Positions 22,801 through 29,074 of a DNA stretch of 64,000 nucleotides are shown piece after piece. How positions within the stretch are numbered: position 1 is the first letter of the stretch; each line of letters begins with the position of its first letter. The DNA lies in assembly GCA_963676635.1 (NCBI GenBank), contig OY781105.1, positions 4,173,138 through 4,237,137 of the forward strand, read 5' to 3'. Source of the DNA: Bacteroidales bacterium. GTDB taxonomy: Bacteria > Bacteroidota > Bacteroidia > Bacteroidales > F082. A program made the translations under genes and the position numbers. The notes beneath the pieces were generated by a model, which had not been told where the DNA came from, made no database searches, and saw only the letters and a list, made by a program, of their open reading frames with translations.

Positions 22801-25449
22801 ATATGTTGCTGATAGCGATGTTGGATCGCTAAAGGTACCATTGCCAAGGGTTTGCCATGTGCTTCCTCCACTGTTGGAGATCGTTCCATAAAGGATAATA
22901 TCATTATTAATGCATATAGTAGAGTCAACGCCAGCATCAGAAACGGGAAGGTCATTGACTGTTACAACTAAAGTGTCATGGTCATTATCAACACAAGGTG
23001 TAATTGCTTCAGCAGTGAAAACAAGTTGAAATGTTCCAGTGATAAGATCATTTGTTCCAGGAGTATATGTTGTTGAAGGGTCAGATGCATCATCAAAAAC
23101 TCCATCACCTAAAGTAGTCCATATACTGGAATTGCTGTTGGCAGTTATACCTGAAAGTGAAACTGTTTGGTTTATACATATGGTTTCATCAGGACCGGCA
23201 TCAGCTTCTGGTAATGGATCAACACTTAATACCAGGGCGTCATTATCTGATAATGTACATGGCGTAAATGCGTTAGCTGTAAGCGTAAGTGTTACAGTTC
23301 CATTTGTGATGTCTGTTGGTCCCGGAGTGTATGTCGCATTTGTCAAAGAGGCATCATCAAAGCTACCATCACCAGATGAAGTCCATGTACATGTGTTACT
23401 GTTGGTTATTATCCCATCAAGCGTAATTGTTTGATTCTCGCACACAGCGGTATCATTTCCTGCGATAGCTTCGGGCAGCGGATGGAATGTAAGCAGCATG
23501 GTATCCGTAACTGGGTCAGCACAGGGGGCAACAGCAGTAGCTGATAGTACCAGTTGTACTTCCATTGCTGCTATATCTCCACTACCTGGTGTATAAACAG
23601 GAGTAAGTATGTTACCTGAACTAAAGGAGCCATCACCAAGCGTGTTCCACTCTATTGATGATGCAAAAAGAGAATCTCCGGAAAGAGTTATAGTTTGATT
23701 TATACAAATAGTGTCATCAGGACCGGCATCGGCAATTGGTAAGTTCTGAATGCCTATGTAAAGCTGCGATGTATCACCAAAACCACAGGAAGCATTTTCA
23801 CCATATACTGAGATAAATCCTGTTGTGGCAAGAGGTCCCAAATCTATTGTGATGAAATTATCTGTAGGGTCTGCCTGATTGATAGTGACATCAGTTCCTG
23901 TAAAGAACCAATGATATATTTCTGTGTTTGGGTCTGTAGCTACAGAGATAGGTATGTTTTGTGTACCTGCACAGTAATTTTGTGTGGGTTGGTCAAATAC
24001 AAGAGAGTCGGGACCCCGTTCTTCCAGGATGACAACAGGTAATGTAGATTCAGAGGCAGTGTACCACCATGTGTTTACAGTTTTGTAATCACCCCAGTTG
24101 GGATTCCATGAATGACAACCTGACCATGGTGAAGCTACTGCAGTACATCCATTTAGTTCTGTACTACCGCTGACATTTGAGTCATCCCAAAATACAAGAG
24201 GTGTTGACCCAGCTGGTGAAACAAGTTCAATTACCCAACCATTCTGATTACCTTCAACATCGTAAAGAGGTAGATTTGTTAACCCGTTTATATAGCTTAC
24301 GGTAAACTCTATGTTTGTGTTGTTAGGTACAGGATTGCCAGCGCCATCCAGTCCATCCCATAGTACTACATTTACGCCGCCTTCAACTACTTTTGGGACT
24401 GTCCGTGTTACGTATGGAGCGTCGAAATCCATTTCAATTTCAACATTTCCGGGTTTGTCAACGGTAACGTTAAATTCTATGGATCCATTATGGCAGTATT
24501 TTGTTGCTGTGACTGTATCGGTGATAGATCCTAATACTGTTGCCGGAGGGTATAAAACTGGGTCCGGTTCATTTAGGAAAATTCTGTACTGCGGACCATA
24601 AGCCTGATAGTTAACAGACTTTCTGTCAACCTCGAAGTTTCCTGTGTTTTCAACACCATACTGATTACAGTATAAAAACCAATATCCGCCTTGCATGGTG
24701 TTTAATTCCAATGATGTTATAATACTATCTGTTGAATAGATGAAGTATTTTGCGGAGCATCTGTTCACTCCTTGATAACTATCAAATTGCCATGCATATG
24801 AGTATAAACGGCCTGGTTGAACAGTGCTTGTGCTGACATTATAAACAGTAAGGTCAAATAGTTCAATTCCAAAGGTGTTTAAACTTACTCCTCCCGGAAA
24901 TCCGTCATTGAACAGTTGAAACTCTATATAGTATGTCCCTACACTCGGAGGAGTCCACTCGATTGCTTCGTATCCCCCTGAACCGTAAACTTGTTCCGGA
25001 CCAACACGTGCATTACTGATGTCATTGATGAAACCCGGACCACTCTGTGGTGCTGTGGTTTCTGCGTACACAATAGTGCCATCGCTGCTTTTAATTCTAT
25101 ACCTTACATGAGTGCTCCAACCACCGGGAGCGTCCATACCAAAGTATACTACTTCATTTGTGGAATTAATGTCGAAATATAAGCGCTCTAAACTATCGCA
25201 TTCATATACGGCAAACTGTATTCTGTCGCCACTACCACCAGGACCGTTGCAATGTGTAAGGAAGTTATTGCATAATAAAAATCCGGTTTGATGGTTGTTA
25301 ATCCACAACTCTTTTGACCCTTCTCCAAAGGATAGACTTGTGCTTAACAAGAATAATATAAGTGTGAATCCTTTTATTATTCTTTTAACAGATAAACTCT
25401 TATGATCAAAATAGTTGTATGTATTTAAGAAGGTAGAGATACTGCCCAT
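13825..25449 (-). CDS. Giant PKD-repeat cell-surface protein (3874 aa) with gliding-motility / T9SS type B C-terminal domain
   Basis: Dozens of W-x-(W/F)-x-FGDG...H.Y PKD-type units. C-terminus VPNTFVPSS...YKLEVYSAWGNLVFE...GWDGTYEGEPLPTGSYIWRIEA...GTIMLVR matches the type B sorting domain pattern. N-terminal hydrophobic signal-like segment. Confidence 0.9.
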   Translation of the reverse strand: MGSISTFLNTYNYFDHKSLSVKRIIKGFTLILFLLSTSLSFGEGSKELWINNHQTGFLLCNNFLTHCNGPGGSGDRIQFAVYECDSLERLYFDINSTNEVVYFGMDAPGGWSTHVRYRIKSSDGTIVYAETTAPQSGPGFINDISNARVGPEQVYGSGGYEAIEWTPPSVGTYYIEFQLFNDGFPGGVSLNTFGIELFDLTVYNVSTSTVQPGRLYSYAWQFDSYQGVNRCSAKYFIYSTDSIITSLELNTMQGGYWFLYCNQYGVENTGNFEVDRKSVNYQAYGPQYRIFLNEPDPVLYPPATVLGSITDTVTATKYCHNGSIEFNVTVDKPGNVEIEMDFDAPYVTRTVPKVVEGGVNVVLWDGLDGAGNPVPNNTNIEFTVSYINGLTNLPLYDVEGNQNGWVIELVSPAGSTPLVFWDDSNVSGSTELNGCTAVASPWSGCHSWNPNWGDYKTVNTWWYTASESTLPVVILEERGPDSLVFDQPTQNYCAGTQNIPISVATDPNTEIYHWFFTGTDVTINQADPTDNFITIDLGPLATTGFISVYGENASCGFGDTSQLYIGIQNLPIADAGPDDTICINQTITLSGDSLFASSIEWNTLGDGSFSSGNILTPVYTPGSGDIAAMEVQLVLSATAVAPCADPVTDTMLLTFHPLPEAIAGNDTAVCENQTITLDGIITNSNTCTWTSSGDGSFDDASLTNATYTPGPTDITNGTVTLTLTANAFTPCTLSDNDALVLSVDPLPEADAGPDETICINQTVSLSGITANSNSSIWTTLGDGVFDDASDPSTTYTPGTNDLITGTFQLVFTAEAITPCVDNDHDTLVVTVNDLPVSDAGVDSTICINNDIILYGTISNSGGSTWQTLGNGTFSDPTSLSATYSPGTNDQAAGFVELVLTADPIPPCTDPVNDTMVLSFDPLPVSFAGNDTTICVNQSVTFTGTSTYASSVQWTTVGDGSFDDQSALTSTYTPGTADLSNGSVEIVLTAFATFPCTDPDSDTLILSFDPLPIANPGTNQTICLNTTATMSGSLTNSINGVWSTSGDGNFDDPASMSAIYTPGNNDKINGSVVLTLTADPLLPCTDSHDSTITITLIALPEPQIAFQPNDTVCINSVTNFLGTDNSGLNIVTWGWNLGDGSTASGQNVNYTYTSPNINNVMLYTIDNNGCTDTTYSSITVTDPVIGFNFADNPVCFEDTVSLIGNGDVVNYTEWLWDFGDGNTGTGRDTIHVYDTPGDYNVSLTVCSKTATDIAEVIPQAVSNAGSNHTICLDNPFDFNTSTILPDTTSADSVLWFGGTGYFSDPKLLRPVYYNGPNELGIIPLSMIAYGIGPCSNDTSIMYLTIDSVPDGSFIYSPIDTSCVNQDVVFTGSSSTVITNWNWDFGDGFTGSGENVNHTYVTGEETFYINLSITNQFGCSTTLSDSIFIDSVNTDFTMPSFVMCFGDTAVFNGIGDDITHTDWEWDFGDGQTAIGKNTQHIYSAPGVYEVTMNTCTDTTRHMVTINTLPESSFTVSPNDTSCVGELVTFDATNITSDIVDWQWQFGDGQTGTGQTPTHTYTQQGDMTILSIYTNGNGCIDTTAVTRYAMNVNIDFDIYQSPSCQDFNVSFTGTGDRVTFTPWDWQFGDGATSTGIDVNHTYTIPDTVDITLDVCSEQMTHQLIINAACEVYAGSNGITCQDVYYDFSESTDPPTADDFSYLYWYTDGLGYFDDPTLLAPTYFPDPSEGASVNDTITMMLVGYGIAPCENDTSWFDLVVIPGAYAQAGSDENTCQGVPYDFHNSTDSSFATNYITLYWTTNGTGYFVNPNVEHPIYVPGPSEVGPVTLTMVASNIIACDSIDEMILTIRPTYEMPHDITICHYDSIFAQGAWRYNSGTFYDTLYTAQYGCDSVIVTNLTVRPKIDQDFFVSSGDSTCYGESISFSATGSASLTDWFWEFGDGYTSNDMDPVHQYDTSGIFNVIYHYTDINGCSDSATHQVLVFDNPDADFTMNMANACVDTEISFNGLSNSTIISWEWDFDDGSTGSGQNVSHVFTTWGIMDVALTVVDINGCSFTTIQEVIIAQPPVADFTYTPAICDSIQFTDLSTCSPGYNLVEWYWDFGDGTTDTLQNPSHRYPSNNLPGGEVFMVNLIVSADSLGFICTDSITLPVTVPSLPDIFQYIDPSPTCFGDTTYFSGHSGFPIETWHWDFGDGNFSNDSVTSHLYATADTFNVTLNIIDTNQCTNSATEVLIVKPAPAVSFTMSDSVICKGGPVYFNATGSANVDEWYWEFGDGGISYLQNPVHYYPSGNTYTVTLTVTDSTGCSSTASDVIMVLPGPTADFSYANQSCTAVAFFDDSDIPTGYFATEFFWDFGDGFTSDLQNPVHSYTTGISTYDVMFVVTADSSGYSCSDTTYQTIYTPGLPSVFFTWDPEPTMLGNTTNFYGNSGNTITDWNWDFHDGTTSTDQNPAHVFPTVGTFNVELTVTDIEGCENTVTHLVTVVNIPDLDYEWSYACLGEQIQFTILDPPTDIGAVTSWDWDFGDGSTSDDMEPIHTYAASGTYNVSCSIVDTMGATNTVIKQLTVNPLPNSLFNIGTQVCANNPVEFFDHSTTQTGYITEWFWEFGDGSDTTVYFGGDPDVTHIYSGTSTYTVTLTVTNSDSCSNSSTHTVTTEPGPIALFDYNSGCASGPVSFTDESTINGGGEIVTWLWDFGDPGSGASNTSTLQNPVHLFSAPGDYTVLLMVANINGCEDTVSHTVTVSEEPEVDFTWEANCLTEETQFTVDESVTNVGEVATWSWSFGDGGTSNLQNPTHTYEVAGTFDVILSIETTDGCFASVTHSVDINPLPTANFAHTGPSCLNDTVYFSNLSSSPNGLIETWVWDFGDGNEITINAPDNPNVEHMYTNEGTFDVVLTVTDAEGCENNVTKQVVIVSSPIADFNWEAGCLNEPVQFTDISSTNGGPDIGEWEWYFGDPASGTNNTSNLPNPTHVFSTDSTFTVTLIIHNTMGCTDTVEHEIVITPLPDVDFTIESDTICLGSLAQFTGISNSEIATWYWQFGDGGTSIEQNPGYGYQQAGTYTVTLTVTDVSGCENSTSQEVHVNYAPEALFSYDNACLGDSTSFTDLSFTNIGYINNWSWDFGDGNTSTDPDPVHTYTTNDTYYVTLVVWDNSGCSDSITLPVQVFDVPVPAFNFAQACDPPGQVNFFNESVMGSDNSPITGYEWHLDDGYYSDEVDPSYIYEITDTCYQVTLTAFNNNGCSATDTMEVCVFGAIETSFEATDVCLGQPTEFQAFYGPENDSVASYLWNFHDGSQTELTYHDTISHIFPAPGIYVVELIATDTNDCQAVYTSEITIDSLPVASFTNTIGGCEIPTYFEGVTYSGGEFIESWYWDFGDTTSTNNTDSIWNPTHLYGPNDSTYLVQLIVTNYNGCIDTVVQEVYVAPCITAGFKIPDEPVCARNELFFVDTSFLASNNGMIGTWLWDFGDGTTETYDVFTDTVWHTYADAGTYELSLTITAGIDTNSYTTTTMVEFEVHPTPLPMIGLDNNCQRDTTYFSDNSTIFDEPTTYRLWNFGDPTTEADTSNVQDPKYVYPTFEDYPVSLFVQNRFMCADSTKDTITIYKLPEAQFTYQNTCMSYYTQFEETSIADSAVIAGWFWNFGDTLKAPADTAIIQAPQYIYDSAGMYTVEMIITDEHLCMDTATTTVEIMPKPISEFVMIDTNRQGQVYFDNLSTNNPVDYEWDFDYNQGIWTSNDINPIFQYEEDGNYTVMLVSWNQQGCPDTTYQVYDLLFTNLFVPNTFVPSSPITDLQTFKPVGINLSSYKLEVYSAWGNLVFETTELIDGVPSEGWDGTYEGEPLPTGSYIWRIEAVFEDGSHWRGTDNGDGNTGTSGTIMLVR
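22190..23745 (-). repeat. Paralog-1-specific insertion of six ~86-aa AxAGxD...GDGxFxD...YTPG repeats
   Basis: Units start LPIADAGPDD, LPEAIAGNDT, LPEADAGPDE, LPVSDAGVDS, LPVSFAGNDT and LPIANPGTNQ. The block is absent from the colinear position of paralog 2 (37,4xx) and accounts for the 515-aa length difference. Confidence 0.75.
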
Positions 25450-25514
25450 ATAAATTGGTTTTAGTTTGATTACATTTTACTAGATAAAGTTGCATAGTGT
25501 AGACTCTTAAAATG

Positions 25515-25567
25515 AAAAAAAGTTGCGTAATGACATAGTAAATTACTAAACATACGCAACTTTTTTT
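25515..25567. terminator. Bidirectional rho-independent terminator-like hairpin
   Basis: aaaaaaagttgcgta (25515-25529) pairs with tacgcaacttttttt (25553-25567). The A-run and T-run flanks fit either strand. It lies between the PorP2 downstream repeats and the giant gene 1 promoter region. Confidence 0.6.
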
Positions 25568-25674
25568 GAATATTTTCCACAACTTTTCTTGTTTCTACAA
25601 AAATAGAAAAGTATTTCAATTAATTAATTATTATTCCTTATTATTTTCTTTTGGTTTCTATTTTATTTTAAATT

Positions 25675-25954
25675 TCAGGATTTAAACAAATTCCAAATTT
25701 TAAATAAATCCCATAATTCAAATAACCAAAACCCCACTTTCCGGAATTATTATCTGGTTTCCTCTTGTCACCTTTTATTTTGGTGAATAGTGAACGGTGA
25801 GCAGAGGGTTTTTCTCATTTTGTTCCCCAGTCTTTTTTCATTATTCATTATTCATTATTCATTTCCCCCTTGTCACTTTGTCCCTTTGTAACCTTGTCAC
25901 TTCTCGTCCCTTGTCTCTCGTCCCTGCCTGACCGCCTCAGGAGGTTCCCTTTAT
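25675..25954. repeat. Modular short-word repeat block (GGTGAATAGTGAA, TTCATTA x n, CCTTGTCAC-type words, ccgcc-tcag-gagg palindrome)
   Basis: Module order matches block E (63250-63452) and, in reverse orientation, block D (61101-61313). Confidence 0.7.
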
Positions 25955-26320
25955 AATTCCAATAATCAAGCACCAAATAGCAAACAAATACCAATAATCA
26001 AAGTTCAAATGTTCAAAATCACCAGCATAGCCCTAAGCCCTTCGCTCTCCGCTTAAATTCCAATAATCAAGCATCAAATAACAAACAAATACCAATAATC
26101 AAAGTTCAAATGTTCAAAATCACCAGCATAGCCCTAAGCCCTTCGCTCTCCGCTTAAATTCCAATAATCAAGCACCAAATAGCAAACAAATCTCAATAAC
26201 CAAAGTTCAAATGTTCAAAATCACCAGCATAGCCCTAAGCCCTTCTCTCTCCGCTTAAATTCCAATAATCAAGCACCAAATAACAAACAAATACCAATAA
26301 TCAAAGTTCAAATGTTCAAA
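25955..26320. repeat. 101-bp tandem repeat, about 3.6 copies
   Basis: The aattccaataatcaagc... unit starts at 25955, 26056, 26157 and 26258 (exact 101-bp period) with 2-4 substitutions per unit. A single degenerate unit is present at the paralogous site, 12520-12600. Confidence 0.9.
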
Positions 26321-26510
26321 ACCCAACACTCTTGGATTGTCATCTGATTGACCCGTCCTGAATTTAGTTGACAAATTTATTATTAATTTATTAAATAAAA
26401 CATAACTCTTAATTTTAGAATTGTCACAAAAAAGTTATTCTGAAGCATTTTTGACCTCAAGTCAAAAAAATGATTCGGAAATAACTTTTTCCAATGAACC
26501 ATGTACTGTT

Positions 26511-27410
26511 TTAAACATGACATTGTTGCTCCTTGTTTTTGTAGTAATTCTTCCAAAGCCGTTTAAGGCTTCGATTCTCAACATGTGCCTGATTTGGAGT
26601 TAATAACTCTATGCTACTATGTGGTCTTTCACTATTATAAATCTTTATGATTCGTTTGATTTGAATAATCGCATCATTTAGAGATTTTAGTTTAATTTCA
26701 TATATCCACTCTGTTTTTAGTATTCCGTTAACTCTTTCTGCTACTGCATTTTCTAATGGATCACCATTTTCTGTCATACTTATATTTACATTAGCCTTAT
26801 TTAGGATTTCAACATATTTACTACTACAATACTGCACTCCTCTATCTGAATGATGGATAAGGTTCTTAACTCCTGCAGGTAACTGACTCAAAGCCATACA
26901 TAAAGCTACAACTGCATTGTCAGAACCCAGATTATCTGATAAATTCCATCCTATTATCTTCCTGGAGAAGGCATCTGTTATCAAAAACAGATATACAAAG
27001 CCTTCAGATGTTTCTACGTAGGTTATGTCGCTAACCCATAATTGATGTGGACCATTAGGTATAAATTCCTTTATCAAATTTGGATACTTTCTTAGCCAAT
27101 GACTTGACATTGTCGTGATTGCTTTGTGCCGCTTTCTTCTGACAAGTAAGTTGTTATCCCTTAAAAAATCAAAAAACTTATCCCTACCCATATGAAGATC
27201 ATCTGGTATTTTACCTTGTAACTTGAAATGTAGTTTTCTACCTCCAAGCATAGGCATTAATTTCCTTTCCTTGGCAATCATCTGAATTAAAATCTCAGAC
27301 TCAAATGCAGATCTTGTGCTGATTTTTCTCTTTTTATAGTAGGTCTGTCTTCGTTTACCAAACAGTTCACACAAAGTATCAATACTTTGACCTTCTTTCT
27401 TTGTGTGCAT
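26511..27410 (-). CDS. IS3-family transposase OrfB (DDE integrase core)
   Basis: 299 aa with WVSDITY..., HHSDRGVQYCS and the ...NAVAERVNGILKTEW pattern of rve-domain transposases. Confidence 0.9.
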   Translation of the reverse strand: MHTKKEGQSIDTLCELFGKRRQTYYKKRKISTRSAFESEILIQMIAKERKLMPMLGGRKLHFKLQGKIPDDLHMGRDKFFDFLRDNNLLVRRKRHKAITTMSSHWLRKYPNLIKEFIPNGPHQLWVSDITYVETSEGFVYLFLITDAFSRKIIGWNLSDNLGSDNAVVALCMALSQLPAGVKNLIHHSDRGVQYCSSKYVEILNKANVNISMTENGDPLENAVAERVNGILKTEWIYEIKLKSLNDAIIQIKRIIKIYNSERPHSSIELLTPNQAHVENRSLKRLWKNYYKNKEQQCHV

Positions 27411-27415
27411 ACTCT

Positions 27416-27784
27416 CTACTGTTTGGTGCCAGACTTTTTTCTGATCGAAATTTTAAACTTATCCTCAGCAATATCTATCATCGTATTCAAGGCTTCTGTC
27501 CGTAATCGCTCATAGGAAAGCTTTGATTCTAACTTCTTTATCGTTGATTCTAATTCCAACTCTTGTTTACTTTTACCATTTTCTTTTGACATTAGTATTT
27601 GTTTATGGATTTCTCTATCATCCGGTTTTGAAATGCCAAATTTACGAATCCATTTGTTAAGTGTTCCGCCTGAACCAAAACCATACTTTTGCGATAGCTC
27701 CTTTCTTGTCTGATCTGTTTCCAAATACTCTTTAACGATCTTCAATTTTAATTCGTCCGAAAATTGGTTTACTTTTCTTTTCAT
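27416..27784 (-). CDS. IS3-family transposase OrfA (HTH)
   Basis: 122 aa with an HTH and leucine-zipper-like region. It ends just after the slippery site. Confidence 0.85.
   Translation of the reverse strand: MKRKVNQFSDELKLKIVKEYLETDQTRKELSQKYGFGSGGTLNKWIRKFGISKPDDREIHKQILMSKENGKSKQELELESTIKKLESKLSYERLRTEALNTMIDIAEDKFKISIRKKSGTKQ
27434..27440 (-). promoter_or_regulatory. Programmed -1 ribosomal frameshift heptamer A_AAA_AAG (OrfA to OrfAB)
   Basis: The minus strand reads ATC AGA AAA AAG TCT. The -1 frame is open from here into OrfB (..KVWHQTVESMHTKKEGQ..). Confidence 0.7.
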
Positions 27785-27850
27785 AGTCCTGAAATTTGTT
27801 TACTTTTTGTGTCAACCTATTTCAGGACGAGTCAGATTTCTCCTTGTAAC

Positions 27851-27922
27851 CTTGTCACCTTGTCACCTTGTCACCTTGTCACCTTGTCACCTTGTCACCT
27901 TGTCACCTTGTCACCTTGTCAC
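27851..27922. repeat. Perfect octanucleotide microsatellite (CTTGTCAC) x 9
   Basis: 72 bp counted directly. The paralogous site at 12621-12660 has only degenerate words. Confidence 0.95.
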
Positions 27923-27954
27923 TCCTAGTCCCTTGTCTCTCGTCCCTTCAAACC

Positions 27955-29058
27955 CTAAAACGGTGAGCACTCAATCGGGCTATATCCGCTCTTCGACCTT
28001 GGTGCCATAAAGTTACCTCTGTCGGATTTCCTGATAAGTCCTATATCATCAAATTCAAAAATAAGACTGATCTCATGTGATGGCCCTGTGAAGTTATAAA
28101 CTGCGTTGATATTGAACTCATAGGAGTACATAACTTTCATACGGTACTCTTCGTTGAATGGGATATTTAATCCTGCCATTACATTGAAATTCGATAGCTC
28201 ATCGTATTCCAACGCGCTGTTTCTGTACCACATGCCAAAATAAACCTGGCGCATGTAAAAGTTCACTCCCAGGTTGTATTGCATCATACCAACCTGGTGT
28301 TCTACCATTACACCCGGATTAATCTTAAACCCCTGGCGTTTTGAATAGTAACCGTAGTCTTCTCTTATGGTGATGATAAAATCCACATTATATACATATT
28401 TTCTTGGCAGTTTGGCGTCCACATCAAAGAAGCTTTGGTTTGGCTGTGTGATATGGTGTACTGCTGCCCCAATGGTACCTTCGATATCATTACCCTTAAA
28501 CTGGAATACACCACCAAAGGCAAAGTCAGGAAACACTACCTTGTTCCTTGCAGCTCCGGCAAACTGTGTGGGGTAGATATTTCCCCACCTGGGATCCAGT
28601 TGGTCTCCTAAAACAAGATCATCCCAGTTGAGCTGCTGTGACATTACTGATGCCAATGCCCCTAACTGGAATATGCTCTGTCGACTAATGGGTATCCTTA
28701 CGGAAGGCATAAAGCCAATTACGCTGGTTCGTAACGCCCCCATTCCCGACTGGCTCTGGTTGGCGATAATACCAATACCACCAGCTCCTGGTAAAGATCT
28801 CTCTGCAACATCAGCACTAAAGCAGTAACTGCTGTAATCACCAGCCAGTCCGGTCCACTGCCTCCGGTAATTAAGCCTGGCTTTTAATCCTTGCGTGAGA
28901 CCAACATATCCCGGATTGAAATATGTGGGGTTGTTATAAAACTGTGAATAATCCAAATCCTGCGATGTTGCCGGTATCGCAGTTATCATTGCCATTACAA
29001 TTAACAGCACCGTTATTGGCTTTCTCCTTATTTTCATTGTGATATGTATATTAATCAT
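27955..29058 (-). CDS. PorP/SprF-family T9SS membrane protein (copy 2)
   Basis: 367 aa, differing from copy 1 by one residue (S to G). Confidence 0.85.
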   Translation of the reverse strand: MINIHITMKIRRKPITVLLIVMAMITAIPATSQDLDYSQFYNNPTYFNPGYVGLTQGLKARLNYRRQWTGLAGDYSSYCFSADVAERSLPGAGGIGIIANQSQSGMGALRTSVIGFMPSVRIPISRQSIFQLGALASVMSQQLNWDDLVLGDQLDPRWGNIYPTQFAGAARNKVVFPDFAFGGVFQFKGNDIEGTIGAAVHHITQPNQSFFDVDAKLPRKYVYNVDFIITIREDYGYYSKRQGFKINPGVMVEHQVGMMQYNLGVNFYMRQVYFGMWYRNSALEYDELSNFNVMAGLNIPFNEEYRMKVMYSYEFNINAVYNFTGPSHEISLIFEFDDIGLIRKSDRGNFMAPRSKSGYSPIECSPF

Positions 29059-29074
29059 TGTTTTTTATCTTTTC

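Larger units (their letters stand above)
26349..27834 (-). mobile_element. IS3-family insertion sequence (1486 bp) with ~28-bp imperfect terminal inverted repeats and a 3-bp target duplication
   Basis: The left end is tgacccgtcctgaatttagttgacaaa. The reverse complement of the right end is tgactcgtcctgaaataggttgacaca. It is flanked by gat/gat, and joining the flanks restores the sequence seen at the paralogous site, 12598-12625. Confidence 0.9.

Noticed and set aside
27807-28010. ORFs reading through repeat arrays: 27807-28010 (LVTLSPCH repeats), 61065-61268, 61102-61386, 63314-63496 and 51351-51533.
   Set aside because: The translations are direct read-outs of the octamer or word repeats and palindromes. 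The frames are not conserved between repeat copies in different orientations.
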